From Camelus ferus (taxonomy: Eukaryota), in assembly GCF_009834535.1 (NCBI RefSeq), contig NC_045709.1, positions 25,854,001-25,918,000 of the forward strand: a DNA stretch of 64,000 nt, given 5' to 3'. The notes under the pieces were generated by a model that saw nothing but the letters and a program-made list of their open reading frames with translations, was not told the DNA's origin and made no database searches. The first letter of the stretch is position 1, and each line of letters begins with the position of its first letter. The position numbers and the translations under genes were made by a program. This document shows, one piece after another, positions 1 through 12,880 of the stretch.

Positions 1-860
1 TTTTGTGTGGCGCCGAACAATACCAAACAAGTATTCTAATAAATAGCCACTTTTTTGTTCCTCCTCGACAGTGAATAGAATCGAGCAGTTGGTTCGCGAG
101 CAGCTGCGACGCCGTTTTGAGCGGGGAGGTGGAGCCGCGTCTCCGCGCTCCCCGCCGCGCCCCAGCTCGCGCCCCTCGCCCCCCCTTCTCTCCAGGATCC
201 TTCGTCGCCCCCACCCCCTTCCGGGCCTGGCCTCGCAGATTTGGGCCCAATAAAGCTGCAGAGGCCTGAAAATCCTTCCTTCCCTCCTGCCCTCGCCCCC
301 TCTCCCCATAAAAATAGTTGTCACTCCTGTCATCGCACAGGCTACCGATTTTCGCCCGCACTGCTCTCCGGTGGCTCGGGGTGGGAGGCTGTCAGTCCCC
401 CGCCCCGCAGTCCAGAGCCACTTCAACTGTTTCCTAGGGTTGTGGGCGCCCCCCCCCCCCCCCGCCACGTCCTCGCTCTGGGCTCCCTCCTCTCGGACCG
501 AGCTTCAGCTTTGTTCTCCCACCCAGGGGACACCTTGGCCTTGCTCTTATGTTTTGTTTTGCTCTGCCACAGGCTTCTAACACCCCCACGGCCCTTCTGC
601 CGAACTCAGCAGCTGCAGAAGAAAGGCTGTGTCTACAGTTTAGTCTTGTGGATACAAAACTCTCCAGGTAAAAAGCCGCCGGGGTCCTGCGCGCACGGCG
701 GCGGGTGGGGAGCCCGGCGGGTCTGCGCGGCCACCCCAGGGCGCCGGGACTCCCTCTGTAGGCGGAGGCCCTGGCCTCCCTTCTGAGGACCAAGCCGCCC
801 AGGTGGGCAGAGCCGAGGAGGAAACCTGAGAAGGGGCCTGGGCTGGGGCCGTCTCTCTCT
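1..860. promoter_or_regulatory. CpG island, promoter-like (may continue left of the window)
   Basis: Dense CpG and GC boxes (e.g. CCCCGCCCC), a C15 tract at 449-463, AACAAT/AAACAA motifs in the first 30 bp, and no repeats. Gene identity is not determinable. Confidence 0.7.
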
Positions 861-3349
861 TGAATTGTGCTTGTGACTTAAAACCAGCATCCTCTGTTCC
901 TCTCTGGAAATGTATCAAAAGCAAACTCACTGCCTTTCTGAAAAGGATCACCTCACATTTTGCCCAGAGGACTTGTAACACCCTTCCCCTAGAAGGAATG
1001 ATATTTACCAACATTAAAAAAAAAAAAAGACGAACAAGGACAGCACATTGGAGCATCTTCTAAGTGCCTGTCAGCCCCTCGGCGTCCCCGGGTGTGAGGC
1101 GTGTGTTCCTATCTCTACGTCTGGGACAAATGGATGATAATTTTTTTTCATTGCTTGCAGCTGCAGTTTTCAGGAGGTCCTTGTCTGTCTGTCTCTAATT
1201 GTGGAGACAAAACCCCACATGACTTTACTCAATGGACCTCAATCTAGAGAAACACTATGTCATTTGCAAAATATTTCTTAATCGGACTAAGCTATTCAGA
1301 GGTGCGGGGAGAAGATGCAGTGTTTTGGAAATGGCCAAAGAGCTCAGATGTTAACCAGGGTACTCAGTTCCTTTCCCCAGAAGGCATGTTGGTGTAACTG
1401 TCAAACGCAAAATGAAACATTGCTTTATTTGAGGATTATCATTGTTTTTTGCAATCTACTTTTGAGAAACTGTATTGCCTTGGACTTAAAGGTAATTTAG
1501 TTCTGTCATCTGAGATGCCGGTAACAAGAGGTAGAGAGAATTGGGTCCTTGGCATTTTTTTAAAAACCGGGTTTGTGCAGGAATCTCGTGGTGGGAAAGG
1601 AGGGAGCAGGTTAGAATTGGCCCTGTTCCAGCAGACGCCCTGAAAGCTTTTGCTTTTTGTAGGGAAAATGGAAACATTTTGGAATCCAGATTTAAAACTT
1701 TGACTTATATTTTACATGTTAAATCACTGAAAGATTGGGTACAACACTGCAGAAAGCTTCAAAACCTGCAAATATTTGAATGGCTTTGTAAGCTAGCAGC
1801 TGCCAGTCATCTGGCTTTGACAGGCTGCCGCAATTTTGTCACTTAATAGTGGGTGTTAGGCTAAGTGCAAAACACTCTGGCAAACAGATGTCAAATCCGT
1901 ATCTCACATCAATGGGGGCTGTGAAGTGGAGTTTTAACCCACACTGAGGCCTGGCGTGTGGGAGCCCATGTGGACACCGGTGCACAGTGCCAGGAGTGTG
2001 AGCGCTTGGTGGCTGGGCTCTGGGCGCGCAAAGCTTGACCTTGGAATTCCGTAAAATCCGAGACAAGTCTCTCTCGCCCAGGCAGGGGAGGAGAGGGTCC
2101 AACGCGGTGGCCCGCCTGGGGCACGACTGATGGAACCCCCCCAGGTGGTGACGCCAGCGAGCTGAGGGGACAGTGAGTGCGCCTCGCTCCCCCTGCCTCC
2201 CGCTTGGCTTCGGGCACCGCCCAGGCCTCCACCCGGAGAGCTCGCCTCAGCAGCAAGCCCTTCCCTGGCCTCACTAGTGAGACAGTGTAGCGGCTCATGT
2301 GAAGACCCGCTGTGGCAGCGGAAACGGCCGGCACCGCCAAGGTCAGCCCGTTTGTCCGCGGCCACGGCAGACCGAAGGGAGGCCCCGCCAGAGCAGAGGG
2401 CGGCGGGTACAGCCTCTTTACTCCCCCCCCCCAAGTCTGGGCGTCTGGTTCTGAATTGGCCGTTCCTCTTAGTTGATGCCTAGGGATGGGCCCAGAAAAC
2501 ACTCAGGGTCCTCCCACAGCCTGGAGGGAGAGCGGAGACGGGGCAAAAGAGCATCTTCTTTGTTCAGGTGTCCCAGAGGCTGGCCTGGGACCCCCCTCTC
2601 TCCCAAGTAGTGTCCCCTTCCGAGAGGCCTGGACTGCCTCTTTAGTCCTAAGGGACCTGAGCTCCTAAGGAAACGCGCCCCCCCTTTCTCTCCCTGGTAC
2701 TGATGGTTCCAGCGCTAGCAATGCTTGGGCGCCACCTTCCACATCTTCTGCTCTCAAGTCAGTGTAACGGAAGGACACTTCAGCAGAAGGAGCGTTTACC
2801 TCTGCTCACTCAGAGTCTTAGTCATCCCTGAAATATCTTCCCGAAGTCTCACCTCTTGGTGATGGCAACTCGTACACAAAACACAAATGCTGACAAGGGC
2901 ACGCCCATCACCTAAGGGTACAACATATCACTGTGCCACAACAGATTAGTACTCGTTAGATTTTTATAGGATGGGTTGCGGTTGACTTACTGCCTCACCC
3001 ACACTTCTCCCTTCTTTTGTATCGCCATCCTGCCAACCCTTCATTTTTAGAACTTATTCTTGAACCTGGAAGGTCAAAATAGAACATCTTGATGAGGCTA
3101 CAAAACATGATGAAAGGCAAATGTCAGTATGAAGATGAAGAAAAACCTCAGGGCTTCCCTTGAAGAAAGCAAGCGACTTCGCTGCCTCCCAGATTCCCTC
3201 AGGATAGTCATTTCAAAAACCTGTGTCTTCACACAGTGACAGACTGCAACGAGGCTTAGTGTGACGATCACTTTGAAACGTACGGTAACATGGAACCACT
3301 GTGCTGTGTGACAGGGACTGACCCAGCGCTGTGGGTCCGTTACACTTCA

Positions 3350-3722
3350 AACACAGACCAGCAAACAAACTCATCAAAAAGAGACCAGATTCGTGCTCAC
3401 CAGAGCAGGGGAGCTGGACGAAGGCAGTCAAAAGGCATAAACCTCAGCTGTAAGACACAAAGTGCCGGGGAGGTAACGTACAACATGACAAGAACAGTGA
3501 ACGCTGTTGTACGTTACACAGGAAGTCGTGAAGAGAGTGAGTCCTGAGAGTTCTCATTACAAGGGGTCCTTTTCTGTTCCTTTGTTTTATGTATATGAGA
3601 TGATGGGTGCTCACTAAACTTGCTGCGGTCGTCATTTCATGATGGATGTAAGTCAGACTATTACCCTGCACACCTTAAACGTGTACTGCGCTGTGTGTCA
3701 GTTACATCTCGATAAATCTGGA
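3350..3722 (+). mobile_element. LINE-1 3' end fragment (L1MA9-like, old laurasiatherian)
   Basis: Matches recalled L1 3' UTR: GAGAGTTCTCATTACAAGG...TATATGAGATGATGG...CACCTTAAAC...TCAGTTACATCTCGATAAA. Confidence 0.75.
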
Positions 3723-6700
3723 CAACAAGGCGAGACTGTCTAGGCTGCTCTCCACCTCATAACAAATGCAGATCAAAACACTGACTTCATCTGCTTTCTG
3801 TGAGCTCCACCTGAGCTGCGCTCTTACCCGCATGAACGTGCACGTGACTCGTAAATGCCTGGCATAAGGCCTTGACCTGTTTCTCACATTCTCATTGATG
3901 GGATGGAGTCAAAACATAGCTTAATGCCCCCCATCCTCTTAAAATATGCAGAACGAATATTTTGCTGGGGTGGAAATTTTAGGATAACTGAAGCTCCCTG
4001 TGTCCATTGATTTTAATGGAAAACCAGGTGTGTTAACTTTTTAAAAGCCATTTTTCACAGGTCTACGGGATTAATTCTAAATGTACAAAAAATGAAAACG
4101 TGAACCTTTTCACTTTTTACTAGAGAGTTCACTATTCTCACACGTGGAAGTACCCAACCCACCTGTGGAAGCAGTTGTTTGAGTAAGAATGCTCCACCCG
4201 AGACTCACCCGCAGCCCCTGGGACGTGCCGGTGTCCGCGCCCCACCCCCAGGCCAGCGGACCACATCGCTTGAGAACTTACCAGCCTTTTCACGAAGGCC
4301 CCAAAGTGGTTCTGACTGGAATTCAGAGCCGAGAATCCCTGCTTAACCCAGTATTTCAAAGAAATTACTTGAAAAGTCCTCCTAGAAACCATACAGTCTT
4401 GCAATTACGGTGAATAGTTTCCGATGTTGGGGAAGAATTATGGAGACATTCCCTGCGGCCCCGCGGACAGGGCTGGGCAGGGCCCGCTTGCTGACTTGGA
4501 GCCGAGCGCACAGTCGTCTGTACGTGACGCGCTGGACTGAGCGGCTCACGACCAGTCCACAGGATCCTGGGTGGTCTCCTGGAGAGGAGGGGAGGAGGGA
4601 GGCTGGGGCTGGACAGGTGTCACATCTGGCGGCAGCCCTGCCCCAGCACATGGGGAATTGGCTTTGGGCCGTAAGGTCAGCTTGGGTGAAAAGCAGGTCC
4701 CTATGAAACAGACGATTGCGGGAGAGGGGCTGGCGTCTCTGGCGGGAGGACAAGTGACATGTGCTAACGTCACAGATGGGCAGTCAGTGTGCGGGGAGGA
4801 GCCGTACAGTTTCAGGGGTAAGTTGTGTCATGTGGCCTGTGCCCATCGAAGGAGCTCAGACCGGAGACTGCAGCCTGGGTCAGAACTGGGGAGGGGACCG
4901 AGGGCTGGCGATGCCTCCAGGGGAAGGAGGGCGGAAGAGGCCTTCCTTCAGGATGACACCGTCACTCCAGGTGCAATTCCAGGAGGGGAGACAACCCTCT
5001 GAAATCAGGCTGAGCAGTGGTTTCCACGTGGTCAGATTCCACCCGCTCAAGAATCCTCTTTCTACCAATTGTTTATTAAAGAGCATAAATTCATCTTCAT
5101 GGTAATATTGCTCTATGCTGTTTATCTAAGGATTTAAACTGAACCCACTGGTGAGCCATCAAATAATGACTTTTGCGGATTTGTCGAGCTTCCGAGTTCA
5201 TGGGCAGAAGCTACCCCATCCCGTTCTCTCCCGGGAGTCGGCCCTCAGGGATAGCAGGTGCGTTAGAAGAACCCACAGATTGCTGGACAGGGAGACAGAG
5301 AGAATACTGGAATCTTCTCTGACCAGAGCTGACAGCACCAGACGCACATTTCATTCCTACGCTTTAATGTAGGGGCGCAGCTGTAATTACTGGAGGACCT
5401 CGCCTGAGGGTTACATGTTGTCCGCAGAGAGGGACTCGAATGGCTGTCCTTAAAGGAGGAGTGTGCAGACACTTACACATGTGCGCATCACACACGCGCA
5501 GTGGTGAGTACAGGGCTTTCTCTGAATACAGGTGCACACAGATGTGAATACAGGACTTCTCAGTAATTAATTCAAAATTGAAGCAGATGTATCTGAAAAG
5601 CTTTGCCAGGTCTCCAGTGTCTGTGGTCTATGACTGCTCCCTAGGTGAGGAGCCCTCGCGGTGCCTGGACGGGGCTTCCAGCCTCTGTGGGGGGAGGTCC
5701 GGAGACGAGGTCCCTGCCTGGGAGAGCGGTGAGCACGGAGGAGATGCGAAGGCGTTTGTTTACGATGAAGCGATGGGGACGTGGACACTAGTGCCGGGCT
5801 GCCTGCGAGGGAGCCTGGCTTCGCTCTGCTGTTTTATGTTGTATGACCTGGAGTGGCTCCTTCACTTGTCCAACCCCACTCCTCATCTGTGCAGTGGAGG
5901 CACTGGGTCGCACATCGCAGGATGACTGTGACACCCATGATGGCTCACGCTGGCTCCCGTCAGGGCAGCGCAGGATGGAGGGAGGTCAGGAGCAGCAACG
6001 TCTGCTTCTCCAGGGAGGACTCCACCAGTCTCGCCAGTGCCACGCCCGCGACGCTGTGCCCATCTCCCGGACACAGGTGTCCGACTTCAGGAGCCCGGGA
6101 CTCTGCCGACCCTGACATTTCAGTGTTTTCACCGGAAAACCTGAGACAGCGCCCCTCCACCTGCAGTCTGTGACGACAGCCTGGCAGGGTCACGTGCTCT
6201 CTTGTGACCAGACAGGCGGCCCTACTCCCTCTGCCGACACTGGCTTATTTATGACGTCTCCTGTTTCACAGCCTGGAGGTTTCAGAGCTCTCCCTCCTTC
6301 TCCGTCTGGGGAGATGTTCCGTTTCCGAACTTCGCCCAGTCACTGAGCACATCCGCACGGGGGGGTCCCCTGGAGTCAGCCGGCCCTTCCTGGGAGGGGC
6401 CCCCCCGCGGGAGCGCGTCCGCCCGGGGGACAGGGAGCCTCGGGTCACTCCTCTGCAGCAGCCCCCCCGTCTCTCTGTGGCACCCCGCTTTCACCTGGCG
6501 TCAGTTCCTAAAGCTTTTGGAGGCTTTTGTTTTAGTTTTTGTTTCTGGTAATGTACTTCTTTTCCTCCTTTCCTTTTAGCTCTGTGATTGTGCCGTGAGA
6601 ATGAGGATTCCATGGAAGAAAAAGTGGATGGAAAATTCCCCTGGTTTTGAATCTGCTTGATGCCAAAGGCTCTGAACAGCACAGCGTAAACCGCAGTTAC

Positions 6701-6849
6701 ATCGCTGCTGTGGGTTCCCTGCAGGCAGACGCCTTCACCTCTCTGGGACCTCGATTCTTCAAGCTTAGGCATTAAGGCAGAGGACTCAGTATCCTGCGGA
6801 TCTCCCTTCTAGAGCAAATGCTTTATGATTCTAGAATTGGATGATGAAA

Positions 6850-6985
6850 CATTTGTCATAGTTTAAACCTCTAGGGATTAGTTTTTTGATCTGTGAAGTG
6901 GGTACAAAAACATACTAGCCTCACAGGGCCGTCCGTGTTCAGAGAGGAATCCGAAAGCTTCTAAAGAAGCTGGTTAGTGCAGTGC
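6850..6985 (+). mobile_element. MIR SINE remnant
   Basis: Degenerate MIR core AACCTCTAGGGATTAGTTTTTTGATCTGTGAAGTGGG...CCTCACAGGG. Confidence 0.5.
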
Positions 6986-7095
6986 GCTTCCACGCCCACC
7001 CCGTGCTGGGGACAGTATGTGGGCAGATGAGGGGGCACAGGGATGGCCCTTTCGAGATAAGCGCTTCCTGCTATTTGAATTTTGCTGCTCTGGCA

Positions 7096-7330
7096 NNNNN
7101 NNNNNNNNNNNNNNNNNNNNNNNNNNNNNNNNNNNNNNNNNNNNNNNNNNNNNNNNNNNNNNNNNNNNNNNNNNNNNNNNNNNNNNNNNNNNNNNNNNNN
7201 NNNNNNNNNNNNNNNNNNNNNNNNNNNNNNNNNNNNNNNNNNNNNNNNNNNNNNNNNNNNNNNNNNNNNNNNNNNNNNNNNNNNNNNNNNNNNNNNNNNN
7301 NNNNNNNNNNNNNNNNNNNNNNNNNNNNNN
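7096..7330. other. Assembly gap (235 N)
   Basis: Run of N in the sequence. Confidence 1.
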
Positions 7331-8761
7331 CAATATATGGTTGCAATATATCATACTATACATTTTATTTTCAGTAATTTAGCTGAGTGAAATATATGTG
7401 AGGTGACATCGAGGAACTAAGTTATACATGCACATGATTGTGGGCGTGGAGCTGCCTACTCTGCACGCACACGCACACACACACTGAGACAGCTTCCCAT
7501 CTTTTTGGCTAGTATGTTACACAGAAAAGATGCATGGTTTTACTGTGTCAGAGCGCCTTTACAATTTCAATTAACATGGCTCCTTTTGCAATAGTTTGAA
7601 AAAGTGTGACATGCATATACGAATTAATTTCTTTCTGCAAAAAAGAAACTATTTTAATAGCTGGATGACTGAGGCCAAAATTGACCAGACTGACCAACAC
7701 TTGTCTATCTTGGGCAAACACTGCTTAATTTGAGTGGATGCAAACAACAAGGAGTTGTGGTGACCATGTGAATGACCGACACACAGTATGAGTTTGTAGA
7801 TACTGTGTTTGAAAGATGTTTGAGATGTTTGAGCTTAATTCAAAGGGGGAAACATAAGGATGACCTTGACAGCAACAGACATTTATTAACTGGCAGCTTA
7901 CGTCAGGGATCCAAGGCGGATTCTGGAAATGTTCCCGGTGACTGTGTAAGTGACCTCCCTGTGGGCATCCTCATCGCCACTGACATCCCTTAACCCTGCA
8001 TCTGCTGCATCTTCGTCTTAACACTTAACTGCCAGAAAACAAGCCTGCTGTGTTTAATTCCAGTGTTCTCTCACTCTGTGATTCTCGCTACAGCAAACTC
8101 AACCTGTTCGAGCGCAAAGAGCCAACTTGCAAAATGTAAAAGGACTTTTTAGGTAGGATTTCATTGCCTGAACATTTGAAAGGGAAGGATTAACTATCAA
8201 AACTTTATCATCCCTGTAAATACTGACCCACAGCGCACGGACCCTCCTACGGCAAGCATCCTCAGTGGGTCTCTGCATCCTCTAAGAGGCAGGTTTGCTC
8301 TTGTCCTCTCGGAAGACGCAGCCACGACAAACATGTTGTCGCCAACTAGCGCCCTGCTACCTACACTTAACGACACAATTCTGAATCGGATCTTGCCCCA
8401 AACATTTCCCTGACGCTCCGTTTCTCTGCAGAGATGATCTCATTCCATAACAAAGCCACTGCCTGCTCTTCCAGCATCATCTTGGGTTGCTGTCCCCAGA
8501 CACCAAGGTCCAGTCCTAGAGAAAAGACTTCTGTTCCGACCCTGGGACCTCCTCTCACAATCTTTTATTGGTTCTCACATGTTCTTTAATTTCTTCCCTC
8601 AAAATTTTGTCTGGCCTACTCATCTGTCAAGTCACTTACTTACAGACACTCTCTTCCCTATGCTAAGTCAGGGGCTCTGTCATATTTTAAACATACCTCA
8701 TCTGTCACAACTTAAATCACAGATTTTTTTAATTTTTATTTTCTTCTTCCTCAATTCTTTC

Positions 8762-8812
8762 TTTTTTAATGGAAGTATAGTCAGTTACAACGTGTCGATT
8801 TCTGGTGCTCAG
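8762..8812 (-). mobile_element. Very short L1 3' tail (artiodactyl/camelid type)
   Basis: TTTTTTAATGGAAGTATAGTCAGTTACAACGTGTCGATTTCTGGTG is the reverse complement of an L1 terminus like those at ~11950-12000 and ~40322-40370. Confidence 0.7.
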
Positions 8813-8969
8813 GTTTACTTTTGTGGTTATTTGTTTAAAGTTCGTTTTCCCCCAAAGACTGCAAACTGCACAAGGGCAGGGAGCATGCCGTCTGTTCAGC
8901 GCTGTTTCTAATGCCCATCACACCGTAGACACTCAGTAAATATTTGCTGGAAGGTAAAGATAAGTAGTG

Positions 8970-10020
8970 ATGGTCAGCTTCCCAGGGGGAGAAACTGTCC
9001 CGGTTGTTCTTCAGCCACAAACAACAGTAAATCTGACAAAATACGAGGCAGCTGTTTTCCAGCAGCAGGTAACAGACATCACAAGATCACGCTCTTTAAC
9101 GGAAGGAAACTTGTGAGGAAAAGGCCTGTGGCCTGGCTCCCCTCCTGGGAACAATTTCCTGGCCACAGTGCAGAGGGCTGGAGCCCACAGAGAGCACGGT
9201 GGTCCCTCTGAGTTCAGAAAGCAGAAGTCAGAGTTCTGGGCACCTGAAGCAGCTGGAATCTGCAGGGTGGACATCAGAGAAGGGAGAAACGTGCACTGAG
9301 AGAGCCCCAGAAGCCTTGTGGGGGCCTTGCGAGTGTGTGGCTGAGGGTCAAGCTGTCCACGCACAAGGCAAGACTAACCAGGGCTTAGCAGACGGAAGCC
9401 GGGAGGGGAGTGAGGGTGAAACAAGATCTAGCATCTGAGCAGCATAGACATGGCCAGCATCCAGGCCTGCGGGGCAGAGCGCTCACTACACCAGCTCAAC
9501 ACCTCTGGCGCCCAGAGGAGACCCAGAAGGACGGCCTTAAGGTCGGGGTCACACGCTTGGGGACGATCACCTCTAGTCCAGCCCTGACAAAACCTAATGC
9601 CAAGCCCTGTAAAGATCACAGGGGAAATGAATTTATGTTGAAGGTTGAGTTGATACTCCAATCAATAATTATAATCACCCCCTTGAAATGCTCTCAGCCC
9701 CCGGCTCCATTCTTGTTTAATGAACTCTACTGTGGCCAAGCCACAACCTTAGTTAAAGTGAACTTTCCACATTTACCTCCAACTGAACAGCTCAGTGTGG
9801 CTGGAGGAAAAAAAAAATGACTAGACATACTGGGAAACAGGCAAATGAGATCTCCAGTCAAGAGAAAAAGCAGCCAATAGAAACCAGTCCTGAGGTGCCT
9901 GGGGTGTTGCACTCAGCAAGGATTTTATAAATACGTTCAAAGCATTGAAGGAAAATATAGTGTTAATAAGTGAAAAGATTGGGATTCTCAGCAAAGGGTT
10001 GGAAACTATACAGAAGTGCC
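8970..10020 (+). mobile_element. Old L1M (L1MC/MD-like) 5' UTR and start of ORF1, left part
   Basis: Recalled L1MC-type 5' end motifs (CAGAAGTCAGAGTTCTGGG...GCTGGAATCTGCAGGG; ATAAATACGTTCAAAGCATTGAAGGAAAAT...GGAAACTATA). It continues colinearly after 12010. Confidence 0.7.
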
Positions 10021-10286
10021 GTTCAGCAAGGCAGCAGGTTGCAAGATGAACGTTCAAAAATCAGTTGCATGTCTTTACACTAACAATGAATCAACAGAAA
10101 AAGAAAGTAAAGAAACAATCCCCTTTAAAATAGCACCCAAAGGAATAAAATAACTAGGAATAAATCTAACCAAGGAGGTGAAAGACTTATACACAGAAAA
10201 CTATAAACCATTGATGAAGAAAGAAGACTTAAAAAAAATGGAAAGATATCCCATGCTCCTGGATTGGAAGAATCAATATTGTTATA

Positions 10287-11069
10287 ATGGTCACACTGCC
10301 CAAGGCAATCTACACATTTAATGCAATCCCTATCAAATTTCCCAAGACATATTTCACAGAACTAGAACAAATCATAATAAAATTTATACGGAACCATCAA
10401 AGACCTAGAATTGCCAAAGCATTACTGAAGACAAAGAAAGAGGCTGGAGGAATAACTCTCCCAGACTTCAGACAATACTATAGAGCTACAGTCATCAAGA
10501 CAGCATGGTATTGGTACAAAAACAGACATATGGACCAATGGAACAGAACAGAGAGCCCAGAAATGAACCCATAAACCTTTGGTCAACTCATCTTCGACAA
10601 AGGAGGCAAGAATATACAATGGAATAAAGACAGTCTCTTCAGCAAATGGTGTTGAGAAAACTGGACAGCAGCATGTAAAGCAATGAAGCTAGAACACTCC
10701 CTTACACCAGACACAAAAATGAACTCAAGATGGATCAAAGACTTAAACATAAGACAAGATACAGTAAACCTCCTAAAAGAAAATATAGGCAAAACATTAT
10801 CTCACATACATCTCAAAAATGTTCTCCTAGGGCAGTCTACTCAAGCAATAGGAATAAAAGCAAGAATAAACAAATGGGACCTAATGAAAGTTGCAAGCTT
10901 CTGCACAGCAAAGGAAACCATAAGTAAAACAAAACGACAACCTATGGAATGGGAGAAAATTTTTGCAAATGAAACTGACAAAGGCTTGATCTCCAGAATA
11001 TATAAGCAGCTCATACGACTTAATAAGAAAAAACAAACAACCCAATCCAAAAATGGGCAGAAGACCTAA
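10287..11069 (+). pseudogene. L1 ORF2p fragments downstream of the RT domain, disrupted by stops and frameshifts
   Basis: ORFs 10287-10574 ([14 protein letters not shown]...[17 protein letters not shown]) and 10683-11069 (NSRWIKDLN...KWDLMKVASFCTAKETI...EWEKIFAN) are classic ORF2p segments. Confidence 0.92.
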
Positions 11070-11092
11070 ACAAGCAACTCTCCAAGGAAGAA

Positions 11093-11291
11093 NNNNNNNN
11101 NNNNNNNNNNNNNNNNNNNNNNNNNNNNNNNNNNNNNNNNNNNNNNNNNNNNNNNNNNNNNNNNNNNNNNNNNNNNNNNNNNNNNNNNNNNNNNNNNNNN
11201 NNNNNNNNNNNNNNNNNNNNNNNNNNNNNNNNNNNNNNNNNNNNNNNNNNNNNNNNNNNNNNNNNNNNNNNNNNNNNNNNNNNNNNNNNNN
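11093..11291. other. Assembly gap (199 N) inside the young L1
   Basis: Run of N flanked on both sides by L1 ORF2 sequence. Confidence 1.
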
Positions 11292-11655
11292 CCACTGTAG
11301 AAAACAGTATGGAGATTCCTCAAAAGACTAGGAATAGACTTACCATATGACCCAGGAATCCCACTCCTGGGCATATATCCAGAAGGAACCCTACTTCAGG
11401 ATGACACCTGCACCCCAATGTTCATAGCTGCACTGTTTACAATAGCCAAGGCATGGAGACAGCCTAAATGTCCATCAACAGGTGACTGGATAAAGAAGAG
11501 GTGGTATATTTACACAATGGAATACTATTCAGCCATAAAAACTGACAACGTAACGCCATTTGCAGCAACATAGATGCTCCTGGAGAATGTCATTCTAAGT
11601 GAAGTGAGCCAGAAAGAGAAAGAAAAATACCATATGAGATCACTCATAAGTGAAA

Positions 11656-11694
<39 letters not shown>

Positions 11695-12010
11695 ATAAAT
11701 ATAAAACAGACACAGACTCATAGACATAGAATACAAACTTACGGTTACCAAGGGGGTGGGAGGTGGGAAGGGACTGACTGGGATTTCAAAATTTGTACAT
11801 ACTGACAGGCATATGCAGAATAGATAACAAGATTATACTGTATAACACAGGGAAATATATACAAGATCTTGTGGTAGCTCACAGCAAAAAAAAAAATGTG
11901 ACAATGAATGCATGTATGTTCATGTATAGCTGAAAAATTGTGCTCTACACTGGGATTTGACACAACATTGTAAACTGACTATAACTCAATAAAAAAAAGT
12001 AAAAAAAAAA

Positions 12011-12880
12011 AGAGGTGTCAAATGGAAATTACAAACTTAAAAGTATGGTAACTGCAAAGAAAACTTCATTAGATAGGCTTGCAGCAGGTAGGAAATATCA
12101 GAAGAAAGAGTAGTTAATTCGAGGATGTCAACAGAAATTATTCAATCTGAAGAAGAGAGAGAGAAAAATTAAAGAAAATGAACAGAGCTTCAGGGATCTG
12201 TGGACATTATCAAATGGTCTAATATACGTGTAATTGGAGGCCAGGAGGAGTGAGAAATATTGAGGTATAAACATTTTTTTGAGGAAACAGTGGCCAGATA
12301 CCTGCCTAATTTGATGAAAAATGTGACCTACATATCCAGGAAGCTCATCAAACTCTAAGCAAGATAAATATAAAAACAACCACAGCTAGGCACAATGTGG
12401 TTAAACTGCTGAAGACAAAGAGAAAAAGAGAATCTTGAAATTAGCTGGAGAAAAAAAGACACATGTATAGGATGATAAATTGACTCCTAGTGAAACACAA
12501 TGGAGACCAGAGAATGAAGGAGGGGCACCTTTAAAATGATGAAAGAAAAAAAAAACCCAACAAAATGATCAGTCCTTGGCAATTCCATATGAAGCAAAAA
12601 CATCCTTCAAAAGAAGGTTGAAAAAAGACATGGTCACCTCACTGAAAGTTGACAGTATTCACAACCAACAGACCCGCACTGTAAAAAGTATTAACGGATG
12701 ACCTGACGGTGCGAGGACGTGGTAGCGGGTGGAAGCAGCATCAGCAGGAGGAAGTGAAGAGGCACAGACACATGAAATGCCTTCTTTCTCCCCTCTCGTA
12801 ATTTACTGAGCAGACAACTCAGCGTTTAGAAAGGAAGTCTGCAGCAAGAATTCGCACAGAGCTAAAAGATCCACGTGGAA
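12011..12880 (+). mobile_element. Old L1M ORF1 region, right part (continuation of 8970-10020)
   Basis: CAAATGGAAATTACAAACTTAAAAGT...GAAATTATTCAATCTGAAGAA...GAACAGAGCTTCAGGGATCTGTGGAC...CATATCCAGGAAGCTCATCAAACTC matches recalled old L1 ORF1. Confidence 0.75.

Larger units (their letters stand above)
10021..12010 (+). mobile_element. 5'-truncated young LINE-1 (camelid L1_Vpa-like), about 2 kb with poly(A) tail
   Basis: L1 ORF2p peptides in the ORF track, a 3' UTR ending ACAACATTGTAAACTGACTATAACTCAATAAAAAA, a poly(A) tail, and a candidate TSD AGAAGTGCC (10012-10020) / AGAGGTGTC (12011-12019). Confidence 0.95.
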
